The notes beneath the pieces were generated by a model. The model worked only from the letters and a program-made list of their open reading frames with translations. It did not search any database and was not told the DNA's origin. Shown here in pieces: positions 9,392 to 21,771 of a DNA stretch of 64,000 nucleotides. The number at the start of each line of letters is the position of its first letter. Positions within the stretch are counted from its first letter, which is position 1. The stretch is from an uncultured Gemmatimonadales bacterium (GTDB lineage Bacteria > Gemmatimonadota > Gemmatimonadetes > Gemmatimonadales > GWC2-71-9), in assembly GCA_963825815.1 (NCBI GenBank), contig CAWGVB010000025.1, positions 52,419 to 116,418 of the forward strand, given 5' to 3'. Made by a program: the position numbers and the translations under genes.

Positions 9392-10525
9392 GTGACCATG
9401 ACCATTGATCTGACCGGATTGGTTCGCCCGCATCTCGTCGAGATGACCAAGCGGGACGACAATCCCAATGCCGCCGAATTCCGTCTCCAGCCGCTCGAGC
9501 GTGGCTTCGGTTACACCCTGGGCAACTCGCTCCGCCGGCTGTTGCTCTCCTCGCTGCGCGGAAGCGCGGTGTGGGGCTTCCGGCTCGATGGCGTCGTCCA
9601 TGAGCATCAGACGGTGCAGGGCGTCCTCGAAGACGTGCACCAGATCGTGCAACGGCTGAAGGCGCTCACCCTGGTACTGGCCGACAACGTCGACGATGCG
9701 GTGCTCCACATCCGTCGCGAGGGCGCCGGGCCGGTATACGCTCGCGATATTCAGGAGCACGGGTCCGTTGTCATCAAGAACCCCGAACACCTGCTGTTCA
9801 CCCTGCAGGACGATCGGGACGTGAGCATGGAGCTCTACGTCAACAAGGGTCGGGGTTACGTCGAGGCCGAAATGCACCCGGCCGACCGGTCGCTTCCCAT
9901 CGATCTGGTCCGGGTGGATGCCATCTACAATCCGGTGCGCCGGGCAAACTTCACGGTGGCGGAAACCCGTGTCGGTCAGCGCACCGACTATGACCGTCTG
10001 ACCGTGTCGGTCGAGACTAACGGCACCATCACTCCGGAAGATGCTATCGCCTACGCCGCGGCCTTGGCGCAGGTCCACTTTCAGTATTTCGTGGACTTCG
10101 GCAAGGTGCCGACCATGCGTGACGCCGGCGCAGCCACCGGCGGAGCGGCCGGCAGCAATCTGCGTCAGCGGCTGAGCCGTCCGATCGACGACTTCGGCCT
10201 TTCCGTGCGGTCGCTCAATTCCCTGAAGAACTCCAACATCCGCACCCTGCGGGACCTGGTCGAGTTCTCAGAGGACGATCTTCTCAAGGTCAAGAACGTC
10301 GGCGAAAAGGCGCTCAGCGAAATTGCCGAGCTGCTTCAGCGCGAGGGGCTCAACTTCGGAATGGGCTTTGAAGAGACCGACGGCGAGCTGCAGGATCGTT
10401 ACGGCCCGGAGTTGCTCCGGTGGTGCAGCCGTCAACGACCATCATTGGAGACGGCACCTGATGCGGCATCGCGCCAAAGGCAGGCAGCTTTCCCGCACTT
10501 CAACGTCACAAGCGCGCCATGTTGA
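9392..10525 (+). CDS. rpoA: DNA-directed RNA polymerase alpha subunit; C-terminal ~30 codons doubtful
   Basis: FRLQPLERGFGYTLGNSLRRLLLSSL..IYNPVRRANFTVAETRVGQRTDYDRL..LSVRSLNSLKNSNIRTLRDLV. The ORF runs 64 nt past the rplQ start, so a late frame error is likely. Confidence 0.9.
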   Translation: MTMTIDLTGLVRPHLVEMTKRDDNPNAAEFRLQPLERGFGYTLGNSLRRLLLSSLRGSAVWGFRLDGVVHEHQTVQGVLEDVHQIVQRLKALTLVLADNVDDAVLHIRREGAGPVYARDIQEHGSVVIKNPEHLLFTLQDDRDVSMELYVNKGRGYVEAEMHPADRSLPIDLVRVDAIYNPVRRANFTVAETRVGQRTDYDRLTVSVETNGTITPEDAIAYAAALAQVHFQYFVDFGKVPTMRDAGAATGGAAGSNLRQRLSRPIDDFGLSVRSLNSLKNSNIRTLRDLVEFSEDDLLKVKNVGEKALSEIAELLQREGLNFGMGFEETDGELQDRYGPELLRWCSRQRPSLETAPDAASRQRQAAFPHFNVTSAPC

Positions 10526-10818
10526 ACAACATGGCCACCAGCCTCTTCGTGCACGGCCGGGTCATCACCACCGAGGCCAAGGCCAAGGAGCTGCGGCCTT
10601 TTGCCGAGAAGCTCATCACCCTGGCGCGGCGGGGCGACCTCCATGCGAGGCGATTGGTGGAGCGCCGGATCAAGGATCGGGAAACCCTCACTCGGCTGTT
10701 CGGCGAGATCGGGCCCCGGTTCGCGGCCCGTCCGGGGGGATACACCCGGATTCTGAAGCTGGGCCACCGCGAGGGAGACGGTGCCGATGTGGCGAGGATC
10801 GAGCTGCTTGCGGAGTGA
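10461..10818 (+). CDS. rplQ: 50S ribosomal protein L17, one frame change near 10500
   Basis: MRHRAKGRQLSRTS (frame of ATG 10461) continues as RHKRAMLNNMATSLFVHGRVITTEAKAKELRPFAEKLITLA..GGYTRILKLGHREGDGA in ORF 10519-10818. Confidence 0.85.
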
Positions 10819-10828
10819 GCGGCTGCCG

Positions 10829-10872
10829 GCCAGAAACAAACAAGGGGACCTTCGGGTCCCCTTTTTTCTGGC
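10829..10872. terminator. Bidirectional intrinsic terminator between convergent rplQ and rpmB
   Basis: AAGGGGACC-TTCG-GGTCCCCTT (10842-10863) is nested in GCCAGAAA...TTTCTGGC. It has a T-run on the + strand and an A-run on the - strand. Confidence 0.75.
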
Positions 10873-10874
10873 AG

Positions 10875-11066
10875 TCAGCTCGCCTTCTTGATCCGATTAC
10901 TCTTGAGGCACTGGGTGCAGACCCTGATCCGCTTGGGCGCGCCATCGACCAGAACGCGCACGGTCTGCAGATTGGGGTACCAGCGCCGCTTGGTGCGATT
11001 GTTGGCGTGGCTGACGTTGTTGCCGGTAACCGGCCCTTTAGCGCACACGGCGCAAACCCGTGCCAT
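10875..11066 (-). CDS. rpmB: 50S ribosomal protein L28
   Basis: [41 protein letters not shown]. Confidence 0.9.
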   Translation of the reverse strand: MARVCAVCAKGPVTGNNVSHANNRTKRRWYPNLQTVRVLVDGAPKRIRVCTQCLKSNRIKKAS

Positions 11067-11155
11067 AAGCTCCACCTTGGTATCTTGTCGAACGCGAGAA
11101 AGCCTCCAAACCTAACGAGGCGGGCTGATGAGACAACCATGCCGGGAGCCAGCTT

Positions 11156-12119
<964 letters not shown>

Positions 12120-12132
12120 GGGCTTCTCGAGG

Positions 12133-13088
12133 ATGAGGGTGCTGGTGACCGGCGGCGGACGGCTTTGTCGGACGGCGTTTGGTGGGACGGCTGGTGGAGA
12201 CCGGCCACGAGGTGACCGCCGCCTGCCGGCCAGTGCAAGGGCAGCCGAACTCAGGCGGCGAGCCCTGGAGTGATCGGGTGCGCACGGTACCGTTGGAGCT
12301 CGAGGACGAGCGCGCTGTCCGCCAGGCGCTGAGCGCTCCTCAGGATGCCGTCGTTCACCTGGCCGCCATGGCATCGGTACGGGAAGCTCGAGAGGATCCC
12401 GGGCGGGCCTGGGTGATCAACGCCGCGGGCACCGCGCGGGTCATGGATGCCCTGATCTCCGTCGCGTGAGCGCGGGCAGTCGGATCCGATTGTGCTGCAG
12501 TGTGTCCAGCTCCGAGGTCTACGGTGCAGGGCCGGCATCGCCGCGAGGCGAGAGTCGACCCGGTGCGGCCGCAGTCGCCCTACGCAGCCAGCAAGGCCGG
12601 CGTCCGAGATCGCCGCGCTGGAGGCCTGGCGCCGGACCGCGGCTTCGGGTGATCATCGCCCGCCCATTTACTCATACGGGGCCGGGCCAACGCCCTCCGT
12701 ATGTGGTGCCGGCATTCATCGAGCGGTTGCTGGCGGCCAAGGCCGGGGCGACCGCCGAGTGCCTACCGGCAATCTGAAGCCGGTGCGCGACCTGCTCGAC
12801 GTTCGCGATGTGGTGGAAGCCTATCTGGCGCTGCTGAGCAGCGGGGTTCCCGGTGAGACCTATAACATCGCGCGGGGCGAGGGGATTACGCTGGAGCAGT
12901 TCTTCCGGCGCGTCGCGGACATCATCGGGGTAGAGGCCGAGCCGTCTCCCGACCCGACCCTGGTTCGGAGCGGCGATATCCCTCATCTCGTGGGTGACGC
13001 AACCAAGCTACGGAAAGCCACCGGCTGGTCGCCGGCCATCACGTTGGATCAGACTCTGCGGGAAATGGTGGATGCCCAAACGCACTGA
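12133..13088 (+). CDS. rmd: GDP-6-deoxy-D-lyxo-4-hexulose reductase-like SDR (Rmd type), at least four frame changes
   Basis: MRVLVTGG.. / [21 protein letters not shown].. / SSSEVYG.. / [15 protein letters not shown].. / [44 protein letters not shown] are spread over ORFs 12179, 12466 and 12492. The pattern matches P. aeruginosa Rmd as I recall it. Confidence 0.65.
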
Positions 13089-16000
13089 TCTCTCGACCAT
13101 CCTGCTCATCGGTTCCGGCCCGATCGTCATCGGCCAGGGAGCCGAGTTCGACTACTCCGGCACCCAAGCGGTGCGGGCGCTCAAGGAAGAGGGATACCGG
13201 GTCGTCCTGGTCAACTCGAACCCGGCCACCATCATGACCGATCCGGAACTGGCCGATCGCACGTATATCGAGCCGGTCACTCCGGAGTGGGTGGCCAAGG
13301 TCATCGAGCGAGAGCGCCCGCAGGCCCTCCTGCCGACCATGGGAGGACAGACGGCGCTGAACGTGGCTATGGCCCTCCAGCGCGAACGGCACGCTGGAGC
13401 GGTTCGGGGTGGAGCTGATCGGTGCCAACGAGCGGGCCATCCGTCTGGCGGAGGACCGGGAAGAGTTTGCCCAGGCCATGAAGCGGATCGGTCTGGCCAC
13501 TCCCGGAGGGCGCACGGTGCATAGCGTGGAGGAGGCACTGGCTGCCGTCGAGGTATCCGGGTACCCGGCCATTCTCCGGCCCTCGTTTACCCTGGGTGGC
13601 ACGGGTGGAGGAATCGCATACAACCGGGAGGAGTTCGAGACCTTGATTCGCCGGGGTCTGGAGCTCTCGCCGGTGGGCTCGGTGCTGGTGGAGCGCAGCA
13701 TCATCGGATGGAAGGAATTCGAGCTGGAGGTCATGCGGGACGGGGCGGACAACGTGGTGATCGTCTGCTCGATCGAAAATCTCGACCCGATGGGGGTGCA
13801 CACCGGCGACTCGATCACCGTAGCGCCGGCCATGACGCTGACCGATCGCGAGTACCAGACCATGCGCGACGCCGCGATCAGGATCATCCGCGAAATCGGC
13901 GTGGCCGCGGGCGGCTGCAACATTCAGTTCGCCGTGAGTCCCACAACCGGGGAGCAGCTCGTCATCGAGATGAACCCGCGGGTCTCACGGTCCTCCGCGC
14001 TCGCCTCCAAGGCCACCGGCTTTCCCATCGCGCGAATCGGAACCAAAGTGGCCGTGGGCTACCGGCTGGACGAGCTGCCCAACGACATCACCAGGACCAC
14101 CCCGGCCTCATTTGAGCCTGTGCTCGACTACGTGGTCGTCAAGATCCCGCGGTTTGCCTTCGAGAAGTTTCCGGCGGCGGATCCCACCCTGACCACGCAG
14201 ATGAAGTCGGTAGGCGAAGTGATGGCCATTGGCCGCACGTTCAAAGAGGCCTTTCAGAAAGGATTGCGCGGGCTGGAGTCGGATCGGATCGGATGGAGTG
14301 TGGGCAGCACGCCCGCGGACGATCGCCTGCAGGACATCAATCGTGAGACGGTGCTTGCAGCGGTACGCACACCGACCCCGGAGCGGATCTTTCAGCTCAA
14401 GTACGCTCTCCAGCTCGGTGTACCGGTGGATGCGGTGGCGGAGACCACCGGGATCGACCCGTGGTTCCTTCATCAGATGGCAGAGCTGCTGGAGGCGGAG
14501 AGGGAATGGCAGGGAGGTCGGGAAGGAGGGAAGCGGGGAAGTGGGGATGCGGGTAAGAAGGGAAGGAAGGAAGAGGACCAGAAATCACTTCTCCGGAAAA
14601 TGAAACGGCTGGGATTCTCCGATCGGCAGCTGGCGGAGCTGCGCGGCTCCACCGAGACCGCCGTCCGGGCCGAGCGGCATCGGCTGGGTATTCGGCCGGC
14701 TTACAAGACGGTGGATACATGCGCCGGCGAGTTTCCGTCCGCCACGCCCTATCTCTATTCGTCGTATGACGAAGAGAATGAGGCGCAGACCAGCGGAGAG
14801 CGCACTGTCGTCATCCTGGGGAGCGGGCCGAACCGGATTGGGCAGGGCGTGGAGTTCGATTACTGCTGTGTTCGCGCGGCAATCGCCTTTCGGGAGCTGG
14901 GCTATCGCACCGTCATGGTGAACTCCAATCCCGAAACGGTCTCCACCGACTTCGACATCTCTGACGCTCTTTACTTCGAGCCGCTCACCCTGGAGGACGT
15001 GCTCGAGGTGGTAGCGGTGGAGCAGCCAATAGGAGTGGTGGTCCAGCTCGGCGGGCAAACTCCGCTCCGTTTGGCCCGAGCGCTCGAGGCGGAAGGGGTG
15101 CCCATACTGGGTACTTCACCGGAAGCCATCGACCTGGCGGAGGATCGGGGCCGTTTCGAGGCTATTACCCGGGAGCTCGGAGTGGCGCAGCCCCCCAGCG
15201 GGGTGGCGCAGTCGATCGAGGAGGCCGTCGCTGTTGCCGCGAGGGTGGGGTATCCGGTTCTGGTGCGGCCGTCGTATGTGCTGGGTGGAAGGGCCATGGA
15301 AATCGTTTACGACGACGCCTCGCTCCGGAGTTATTTCGGCCGGGCGGTGCGGGTCGCGCCGGAGCACCCGGTCCTCATCGACAGCTTTCTGGAAGACGCC
15401 TTCGAGGCCGACGTCGACGCCATCGCCGATGGCACCCGGTGCGTCATTGGCGGGGTCATGCAGCATATCGAGGATGCGGGAATCCATTCAGGGGACTCCG
15501 CGTGTGTGCTACCACCGTATCTCATCACCGAGGCCCAAGTCGATGAGATGCGGCGACACACCAGGGCCTTTGCCGAACGGCTGGGGGTGGTGGGTCTGCT
15601 CAACGTCCAGTTCGCCATCAAGCACGACGTGGTCTACGTGCTCGAGGTGAATCCTCGCGGGTCTCGCACCGTTCCCTTCGTTTCCAAGACCACCGGCGTC
15701 CCGCTCGCCAGCCTGGCTGCGGCGGTGATGGTGGGAAAGACCCTCGAGGACCTGGGACTCCACGATGACGTGCTGCAGCCCTACGTGGCAGTCAAGGAAG
15801 CGGTCTTTCCTTTCAGCAAGCTTCACGGGGTAGACCTTATTCTGGGCCCAGAGATGCGTTCCACCGGCGAGGTCATGGGGATCGCCGATTCCTTCGGGAT
15901 GGCTTTCGCCAAGGCACAGATCTCGGCCGACGGAGCATTACCCCTCGAGGGGTCGGTTTTTGTTACGGTCAACGATCACGACAAGGCGAACGTCGTTCCG

Positions 16001-16375
16001 ATTGCCCGCCGGTTTCATGCGCTGGGGTTCCGGGTGCTGGGGACCGAGGGAACGGCGCGCTATCTTCGGGCCCGCGGCATTCCCACCGAGCGGGTTCTCA
16101 AGGTGTACGAGGGCCGTCCCAACGCCATCGACTTGCTGGTTTCGGGCCAGATTCAGCTGCTCATCAACACTCCCCTGGGAAAGCTCACCCAGCAGGACGA
16201 CTACGCCATCCGCCGTGCGGCTCTCCAACACCGGGTGCCGTACACCACGACGCTATCCGCGGCTTCAGCCGCCTGTGACGCAATCATCGCGCTGAGGAGC
16301 CGTGCCGGTGAGGTGCGGCCGCTTCAGGAGTGGCATGCGCTCGCGCGGGAGATGTCTCCGGAGTGGACCGGGTGA
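13072..16375 (+). CDS. carB: Carbamoyl-phosphate synthase large subunit, one frame change near 13385
   Basis: [33 protein letters not shown] in ORF 12994 continues in the 988-aa ORF 13409-16375. Both ATP-grasp halves and the MGS-like tail are present. Confidence 0.9.
14491..14577 (+). repeat. Purine-rich G-tract insertion inside carB (half-copy of the GGGGAAG element; canonical G4 motif on the coding strand)
   Basis: The tract is 87 nt with 10 pyrimidines. It has eight G3-4 tracts separated by 4-7 nt: GGG-aatggca-GGG-aggtc-GGG-aagga-GGG-aagc-GGGG-aagt-GGGG-atgc-GGG-taagaa-GGG. The 12-mer GGGAAGTGGGGA (14536-14547) recurs as a reverse complement at 36459-36470. Confidence 0.55.
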
Positions 16376-17334
16376 GCGCACGCAGCGCGAACTTCGTCAC
16401 TGCGCTGCGGGATCGGGTTGCCGGGACGGTGCGGGAGGGGGAGTCGGTCGCCCGCTACTCCACCTATCGCATCGGTGGGCCGGCGACGGTGCTGCTGCCT
16501 AAGACCGCGGCGGACGTGGCGGCCGCCCTCCGTCTGGCAGGCGAGACCGGTACTCCCTGGTTCGCGCTGGGTCTCGGCTCAAATATCCTGCTGCCGGACG
16601 AAGGACTAGACGCTCTGGTTATCCGAATGGGAAAGGGCCTCGACCGGCTAGAGCAGGATCAGGATCGCTGGACCATTGGGGCGGGTCTCCCCGCCCCTCT
16701 TGCCGCGCGACGGACGGCCGAGGCCGGCTTTGCCGGGTTGCATATCTTCGTTGGCGTGCCCGGCACCGTCGGTGGGGGCGTGTACATGAACGCCGGCTGT
16801 CACGGCGGCGATTGGGCCGAGGTGGTCCAGCAGGTCACGGTGGTGGACCGACACGGGAATGACAGCGTATTGACCCGCCGTGACGTCCCTTTCACCTACC
16901 GCCGGAGCGGGCTGGATGGCAGGATCGTGCTGGAGACGACCGTACAGCTGCGGCCCGAAGAGCCGGCCCACCTGGAGGCAGCGGTCGCCGAGCTCTTCGA
17001 GTGGCGGCAGAAGGGCACGCCTTTCAACCAGCCCTGTTGCGGCAGCGTCTTCAAGAACCCGTCGGGACCGAGCTGGAAGCGGGAGGGCGGGCCCCAAACG
17101 GCGGGGCAGCTGATCGAGGCAGCCGGACTCAAGGGGTTCAGCATCGGCGGAGCGCAGGTTTCACCGATGCACGCCAACTACTTCGTGAACACCGGAGGCG
17201 CTACCGCCGCCGACGTTCGCCGATTGATCGAGCATGTGCAGCGTACGGTGGAGGAGCGGTTCAGCGTGCGGCTCGACCCCGAGGTAAAGCTCATCGGTGC
17301 CAGGGGCGAATACCTGAACGAGAGTGAGAGGTAA
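16372..17334 (+). CDS. murB: UDP-N-acetylenolpyruvoylglucosamine reductase
   Basis: [70 protein letters not shown] 16372 forms a GTGA overlap with the carB stop. Confidence 0.85.
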   Translation: MSARSANFVTALRDRVAGTVREGESVARYSTYRIGGPATVLLPKTAADVAAALRLAGETGTPWFALGLGSNILLPDEGLDALVIRMGKGLDRLEQDQDRWTIGAGLPAPLAARRTAEAGFAGLHIFVGVPGTVGGGVYMNAGCHGGDWAEVVQQVTVVDRHGNDSVLTRRDVPFTYRRSGLDGRIVLETTVQLRPEEPAHLEAAVAELFEWRQKGTPFNQPCCGSVFKNPSGPSWKREGGPQTAGQLIEAAGLKGFSIGGAQVSPMHANYFVNTGGATAADVRRLIEHVQRTVEERFSVRLDPEVKLIGARGEYLNESER

Positions 17335-17925
17335 ATGCCCGACTACTTTGCCCACGAGTCCTCCTACATCGATGATGGGGCGCAGATCGGGAAGGGAACC
17401 AAGATCTGGCATTTCTGTCACGTCATGCCCGGCGCCGTTATCGGCGAACGCTGCAACCTGGGCCAGAACGTGGTGGTCATGCCGGGGTCCCGGCTGGGCA
17501 ACAACGTGAAGGTGCAGAACAACGTGTCAATCTATGAGGGCGTGGTCCTGGAGGACGATGTGTTCTGCGGGCCCAGCTGCGTGTTCACCAACGTGGTCAA
17601 TCCGCGGAGCCACGTGTCCCGAAAGGCTGAGTATCAAAGCACACTGGTGCGCCGGGGGACATCGATCGGCGCCAACGCCACGATCCTGTGCGGAACAACC
17701 CTGGGCGAATACAGCTTTATCGGAGCGGGGGCGGTGGTCAGGAGCGATGTCCCGGCCTTCGCCATCATGGTTGGCGTCCCTGCCCGGCGGGTCGGCTGGA
17801 TGTGCCGCTGCGGAGTGAGGCTGCAGGTCCGGGACAGCCGGGCAACCTGTGCAGCTTGTGGGACCGGTTATCAGGAATCCGACGGCCTGCTACGGCTGAT
17901 TGACCGACCTAGGCCATCCGGCTAA
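17335..17925 (+). CDS. wbpD: Left-handed beta-helix N-acetyltransferase, WbpD/WlbB type (UDP-2-acetamido-3-amino-2,3-dideoxy-glucuronate N-acetyltransferase)
   Basis: [95 protein letters not shown] is collinear with P. aeruginosa WbpD as recalled. The ATG directly follows the murB TAA. Confidence 0.75.
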   Translation: MPDYFAHESSYIDDGAQIGKGTKIWHFCHVMPGAVIGERCNLGQNVVVMPGSRLGNNVKVQNNVSIYEGVVLEDDVFCGPSCVFTNVVNPRSHVSRKAEYQSTLVRRGTSIGANATILCGTTLGEYSFIGAGAVVRSDVPAFAIMVGVPARRVGWMCRCGVRLQVRDSRATCAACGTGYQESDGLLRLIDRPRPSG

Positions 17926-18049
17926 CTTCTCTAGCTGTCTATGGTTCCGCGATACTGCGCGCCCGGGCTCAGCCGGATCGGCTGGAGCATCGGGCGCTTC
18001 CACATGACCGCTCCAGCGGGGCTGGGCGGAGGAAAGGCCCAGGATTGTC

Positions 18050-19165
18050 GTGAGCGTACCCCTCCTCGATCTGGTCGCCCAATATCGTGAGATCAAAGAC
18101 GATGTGCTCGCCGCCATGATGCAGGTGATCGAGCGGCAGAGCTTCATCATGGGCCCCGAGGTGCCGCAGCTCGAGGCTGAGATTGCCCGGCTATCCCATA
18201 CCAAGCACGGCATTGCGTGCGCCAGTGGGACAGACGCCTTGTTGCTGCCGCTCAAGGCTCTGGATCTGGAGCCGGGAGACGAGGTGATCACCACGCCGTT
18301 CACCTTCTTCGCCACAGCGGGGACGGTTCACAATGCGGGTGGTACTCCGGTGTTCGTAGACATCGATCCGGCCACGATGAATATCAGCCCGGAAGCGATC
18401 GAGGCGGCCATTACCCCGCAGACCCGGGCCATTATCGTCGTCCATCTGTTCGGCCAGATGGCGGCAATGGAATCGATCATGCGCATTGCGGCCCGGCACG
18501 GGCTGCCGGTAATCGAAGACGGGGCTCAGAGCATCGGGGCCCGCCGGAGAATCGACGGACAATGGCGCATGTCTGGTGAGCTCGGGACGGTCGGGACGTT
18601 GTCCTTTTTTCCCACCAAGAACCTGGGGGCCTGGGGGGACGCGGGGCTGATCGTCACCCAGGACGATAAGCTGGCCGAACGGCTGCGGCGGCTCCGACTG
18701 CACGGCGGATCCCGGCAGTACATGCATGAAGAGGTGGGCACCAACAGCCGGCTGGACACTCTGCAGGCCGCGGTTCTGCTGGCCAAGCTGCCCTATCTCG
18801 AGCGGTGGAATCAGGCGCGGAAGCGGAATGCGGCACGCTACACCGAGGCGTTCACGGGCCACCCGTCGGTCTGTCCCCCCGCGATCGATCCGGCCAACGA
18901 CCACATCTTTCATCAGTACACCATTCGCGTCCCCCAGCGGGATGAGCTGCAGGCTCATCTCAAGCGGCAGGGCATCGGTCACGCCGTCTACTATCCACTT
19001 GCACTCCACCTCCAGCCCTGCTTTGCCCATCTGGGGTACCGGCCCGGGCGTCTGCCTGCTGCGGAGGCCGCTATGGACTCGGTACTGTCCCTGCCGGTAT
19101 ACCCGGAGCTGACTGAACAGCAGCAGAACACGGTGATTGCGGCCGTGAAATCTTTCTACGCGTGA
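18050..19165 (+). CDS. wbpE: DegT/DnrJ/EryC1/StrS-family aminotransferase (WbpE-like)
   Basis: VPLLDLVAQYREIKDDV..FIMGPEV..LE..GTDALLL..TPFTFFATA..FFPTKNLGAWGDAG..HQYTIRV..VYYPLALHLQPCF. Confidence 0.8.
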   Translation: MSVPLLDLVAQYREIKDDVLAAMMQVIERQSFIMGPEVPQLEAEIARLSHTKHGIACASGTDALLLPLKALDLEPGDEVITTPFTFFATAGTVHNAGGTPVFVDIDPATMNISPEAIEAAITPQTRAIIVVHLFGQMAAMESIMRIAARHGLPVIEDGAQSIGARRRIDGQWRMSGELGTVGTLSFFPTKNLGAWGDAGLIVTQDDKLAERLRRLRLHGGSRQYMHEEVGTNSRLDTLQAAVLLAKLPYLERWNQARKRNAARYTEAFTGHPSVCPPAIDPANDHIFHQYTIRVPQRDELQAHLKRQGIGHAVYYPLALHLQPCFAHLGYRPGRLPAAEAAMDSVLSLPVYPELTEQQQNTVIAAVKSFYA

Positions 19166-19175
19166 GCGACAGACC

Positions 19176-20458
19176 GTGAGTATTGCCCAGGACCTGATTG
19201 GAAAGGCCGAGCGACGCCAGATCCTGTTTGGCATCGTTGGCCTCGGCTACGTCGGGCTTCCGCTGGCTGTGGAGCTGGCCCAGGCCGGCTATCGAGTGCT
19301 GGGCTTCGACGTGAACCAGGATGTGGTAGACGGGTTGAACGCCGGCCGTTCCCACGTAAAGGACGTAACCGATAAGCAATTGCAGCAGCAGTGCGAGCGT
19401 TTCAGTGCCACCACGGATATGTCGCGGCTATCAGAGCCGGACGCCATCTCGATCTGCGTGCCGACTCCGCTCTCCAAGTTCAAAGACCCCGACGTGAGCT
19501 ATCATCGTGGCCGCCACTGAAGCGGTAAAGAAGCGGCTTCGGCGGGGCCAGGCGATCATCCTGGAGAGCACCACCTATCCCGGGACCACCCGGGAGATCA
19601 TGCTCCCGGCCCTGGAGAGCACCGGACTTGCCGTGGGCCGGGACTTCTTCCTGGCCTTCAGCCCCGAGCGGGTTGATCCCGGAAATCCACACTATGGCAC
19701 CCGTAACACACCCAAGGTGGTCGGGGGCATCACCGAGGACTGCCGCAAGGTTGCCGTGGCGCTGTACCAGCCGGCCATCGACACCCTGGTGCCCGTGTCC
19801 ACCACCGAAGCGGCCGAGCTGGTCAAGCTGCTGGAGAACACGTTCCGGAGCGTCAACATCGGTCTGGTCAACGAGATGGCCATCGTGTGCGACAAGCTGG
19901 GGGTGAATGTTTGGGAGGTGATCGAGGCCGCCTCGACCAAGCCGTTCGGGTTCATGAAGTTCTTGCCCGGCCCCGGGCTGGGTGGCCACTGCATCCCGAT
20001 CGACCCGCATTACCTCGCCTGGAAAATGCGTGGGCTGAACTACAAAACCCGGTTCATCGACCTGGCCGGCGAGCTCAACACCGAAATGCCGGAGTTCTGG
20101 GTCCGCAAGCTTTCCGAGGCCCTGAACGGACAGGGCAAGGCGGTGCGAGGGGCGTCCGTCCTGGTGCTCGGGGTGGCCTACAAGCGGAACATCGACGACA
20201 TCCGGGAGAGCCCGGCGTTGGACATCATCCGTCTGCTCAAGGGACAGGGGGCCACAGGTGACCTACTCTGATCCCCACGTGCCGAAATTCAGGGAAGATG
20301 GGCACGAGTTCCGGTCGGTGGCGCTCACACCCGAGACGGTGGCCGCAGCCGACTGCGTCATGATCGTCACCGACCACAGCTCGGTGGACTACCACATGAT
20401 CAAGCGCACCGCCCGACTGGTCGTCGATACCAGAAACGCACTGCCGAAAGAGACCTGA
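19176..20458 (+). CDS. wbpA: UDP-N-acetyl-D-glucosamine 6-dehydrogenase-like nucleotide-sugar dehydrogenase, two frame changes (~19503, ~20257)
   Basis: ORFs 19176-19520, 19507-20271 and 20258-20458 join as [69 protein letters not shown]. This is close to P. aeruginosa WbpA as recalled. Confidence 0.8.
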
Positions 20459-20459
20459 C

Positions 20460-21771
20460 ATGCATGTAGCGGTGATCGGAAGCGGCTACGTCGGACTGGT
20501 GGCCGGGGCCTGTCTGGCCGAGACCGGAAACGATGTCACCTGTGTGGACGTAGACGCAGAGAAGATCGCCCGGCTGCAGCGCAACGAGATCCCGATTTAC
20601 GAGCCGGGTCTCGAGCCCATGGTCAAGCGGAATCAGGACGAGGGTCGGCTCACCTTTACCACCGATCTGGGATCGGCGGTGCGGAGCTCGCGGGTGATCT
20701 TCATTGCGGTGGGAACTCCGCCAGGAGAGGACGGGTCTGCCGATCTGAAGCATGTCCTGGCCGTCGCTCATGCGGTGGGCCGGAACATGAACGATCCCAA
20801 GATCGTGGTCACCAAGTCCACCGTTCCCGTGGGCACCGCGGAAAAGGTGCGGGCCGCCATCCGGGCAGAGACGGACATTCCCTTTTCGGTCTGCTCCAAT
20901 CCCGAGTTCCTGAAGGAAGGTGCGGCAATCGAGGACTTCATGAAGCCCGACCGGGTGGTGATTGGAGTGGACAACGATGAAGCCAAAGAGGTGATGGGAG
21001 AGCTGTATGCTCCGTTCACCCGGCAGGGGGGAAACCGCATCCTCTTCATGGACATCGCCTCGGCCGAGGTCACGAAGTACGCGGCCAATGCCATGCTGGC
21101 GACCCGGATCTCGTTCATGAACCAGATGGCGCTGTTCTGCGAGCTGGTCGGCGCCGACGTCAACCACGTCAGGCTGGGGATCGGCTCGGACCAGCGGATC
21201 GGCCGGGCGTTCCTGTATCCCGGGCCGGGGTACGGCGGGAGCTGTTTCCCCAAGGACGTCAAGGCGCTGATTCGCACTTCCGACGATCTCGGTCTTTCGC
21301 TCGACGTGTTGAAGGCGGTCGAGCAGGTCAACGAGTGCCAGAAGCAGATCGTTTTGCAGAAGACGCTGCGCTATCTGGGGCAGGATCTTACGGGGAAGAT
21401 GCATCGGGATCTGGGGCCTTGCCTTCAAGGCCGAGACCGATGACATGCGGGAGAGTCCGGCCATCCCGGTGATCGAGGGTCTGCTGGGTGCCGGAGCCCG
21501 GGTACAGACTCACGATCCCAAGGCCACCGACTCGGCCCGGCTGATCTTCGGCGACCGGCTCATGTATGCCGCCGATCCCTACAGCGCTGCCCACGGGGTT
21601 GACGCCCTGCTGGTGCTGACGGAGTGGCTGGTCTATCGGAATCCCGACTTCGATCGGGTTCGAAAGCTGGTGCGCAGACCTCTCCTGATCGACGGCCGCA
21701 ATCTGTACGACCCGGACCGTATGGCCTCGCTCGGGTTCGACTATCACGGGATCGGCCGGGGCCGCAGGTGA
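20460..21771 (+). CDS. ugd: UDP-glucose 6-dehydrogenase, one frame change near 21400
   Basis: [64 protein letters not shown] in ORF 20460 continues as [20 protein letters not shown] in ORF 21445-21771. Confidence 0.85.

Noticed and set aside
14491-14577. G-rich repeats considered as a CRISPR array or as tandem satellite DNA.
   Set aside because: There are no regularly spaced identical repeats with unique spacers. Copies are dispersed and mostly form inverted pairs around terminators, and no cas genes are present.
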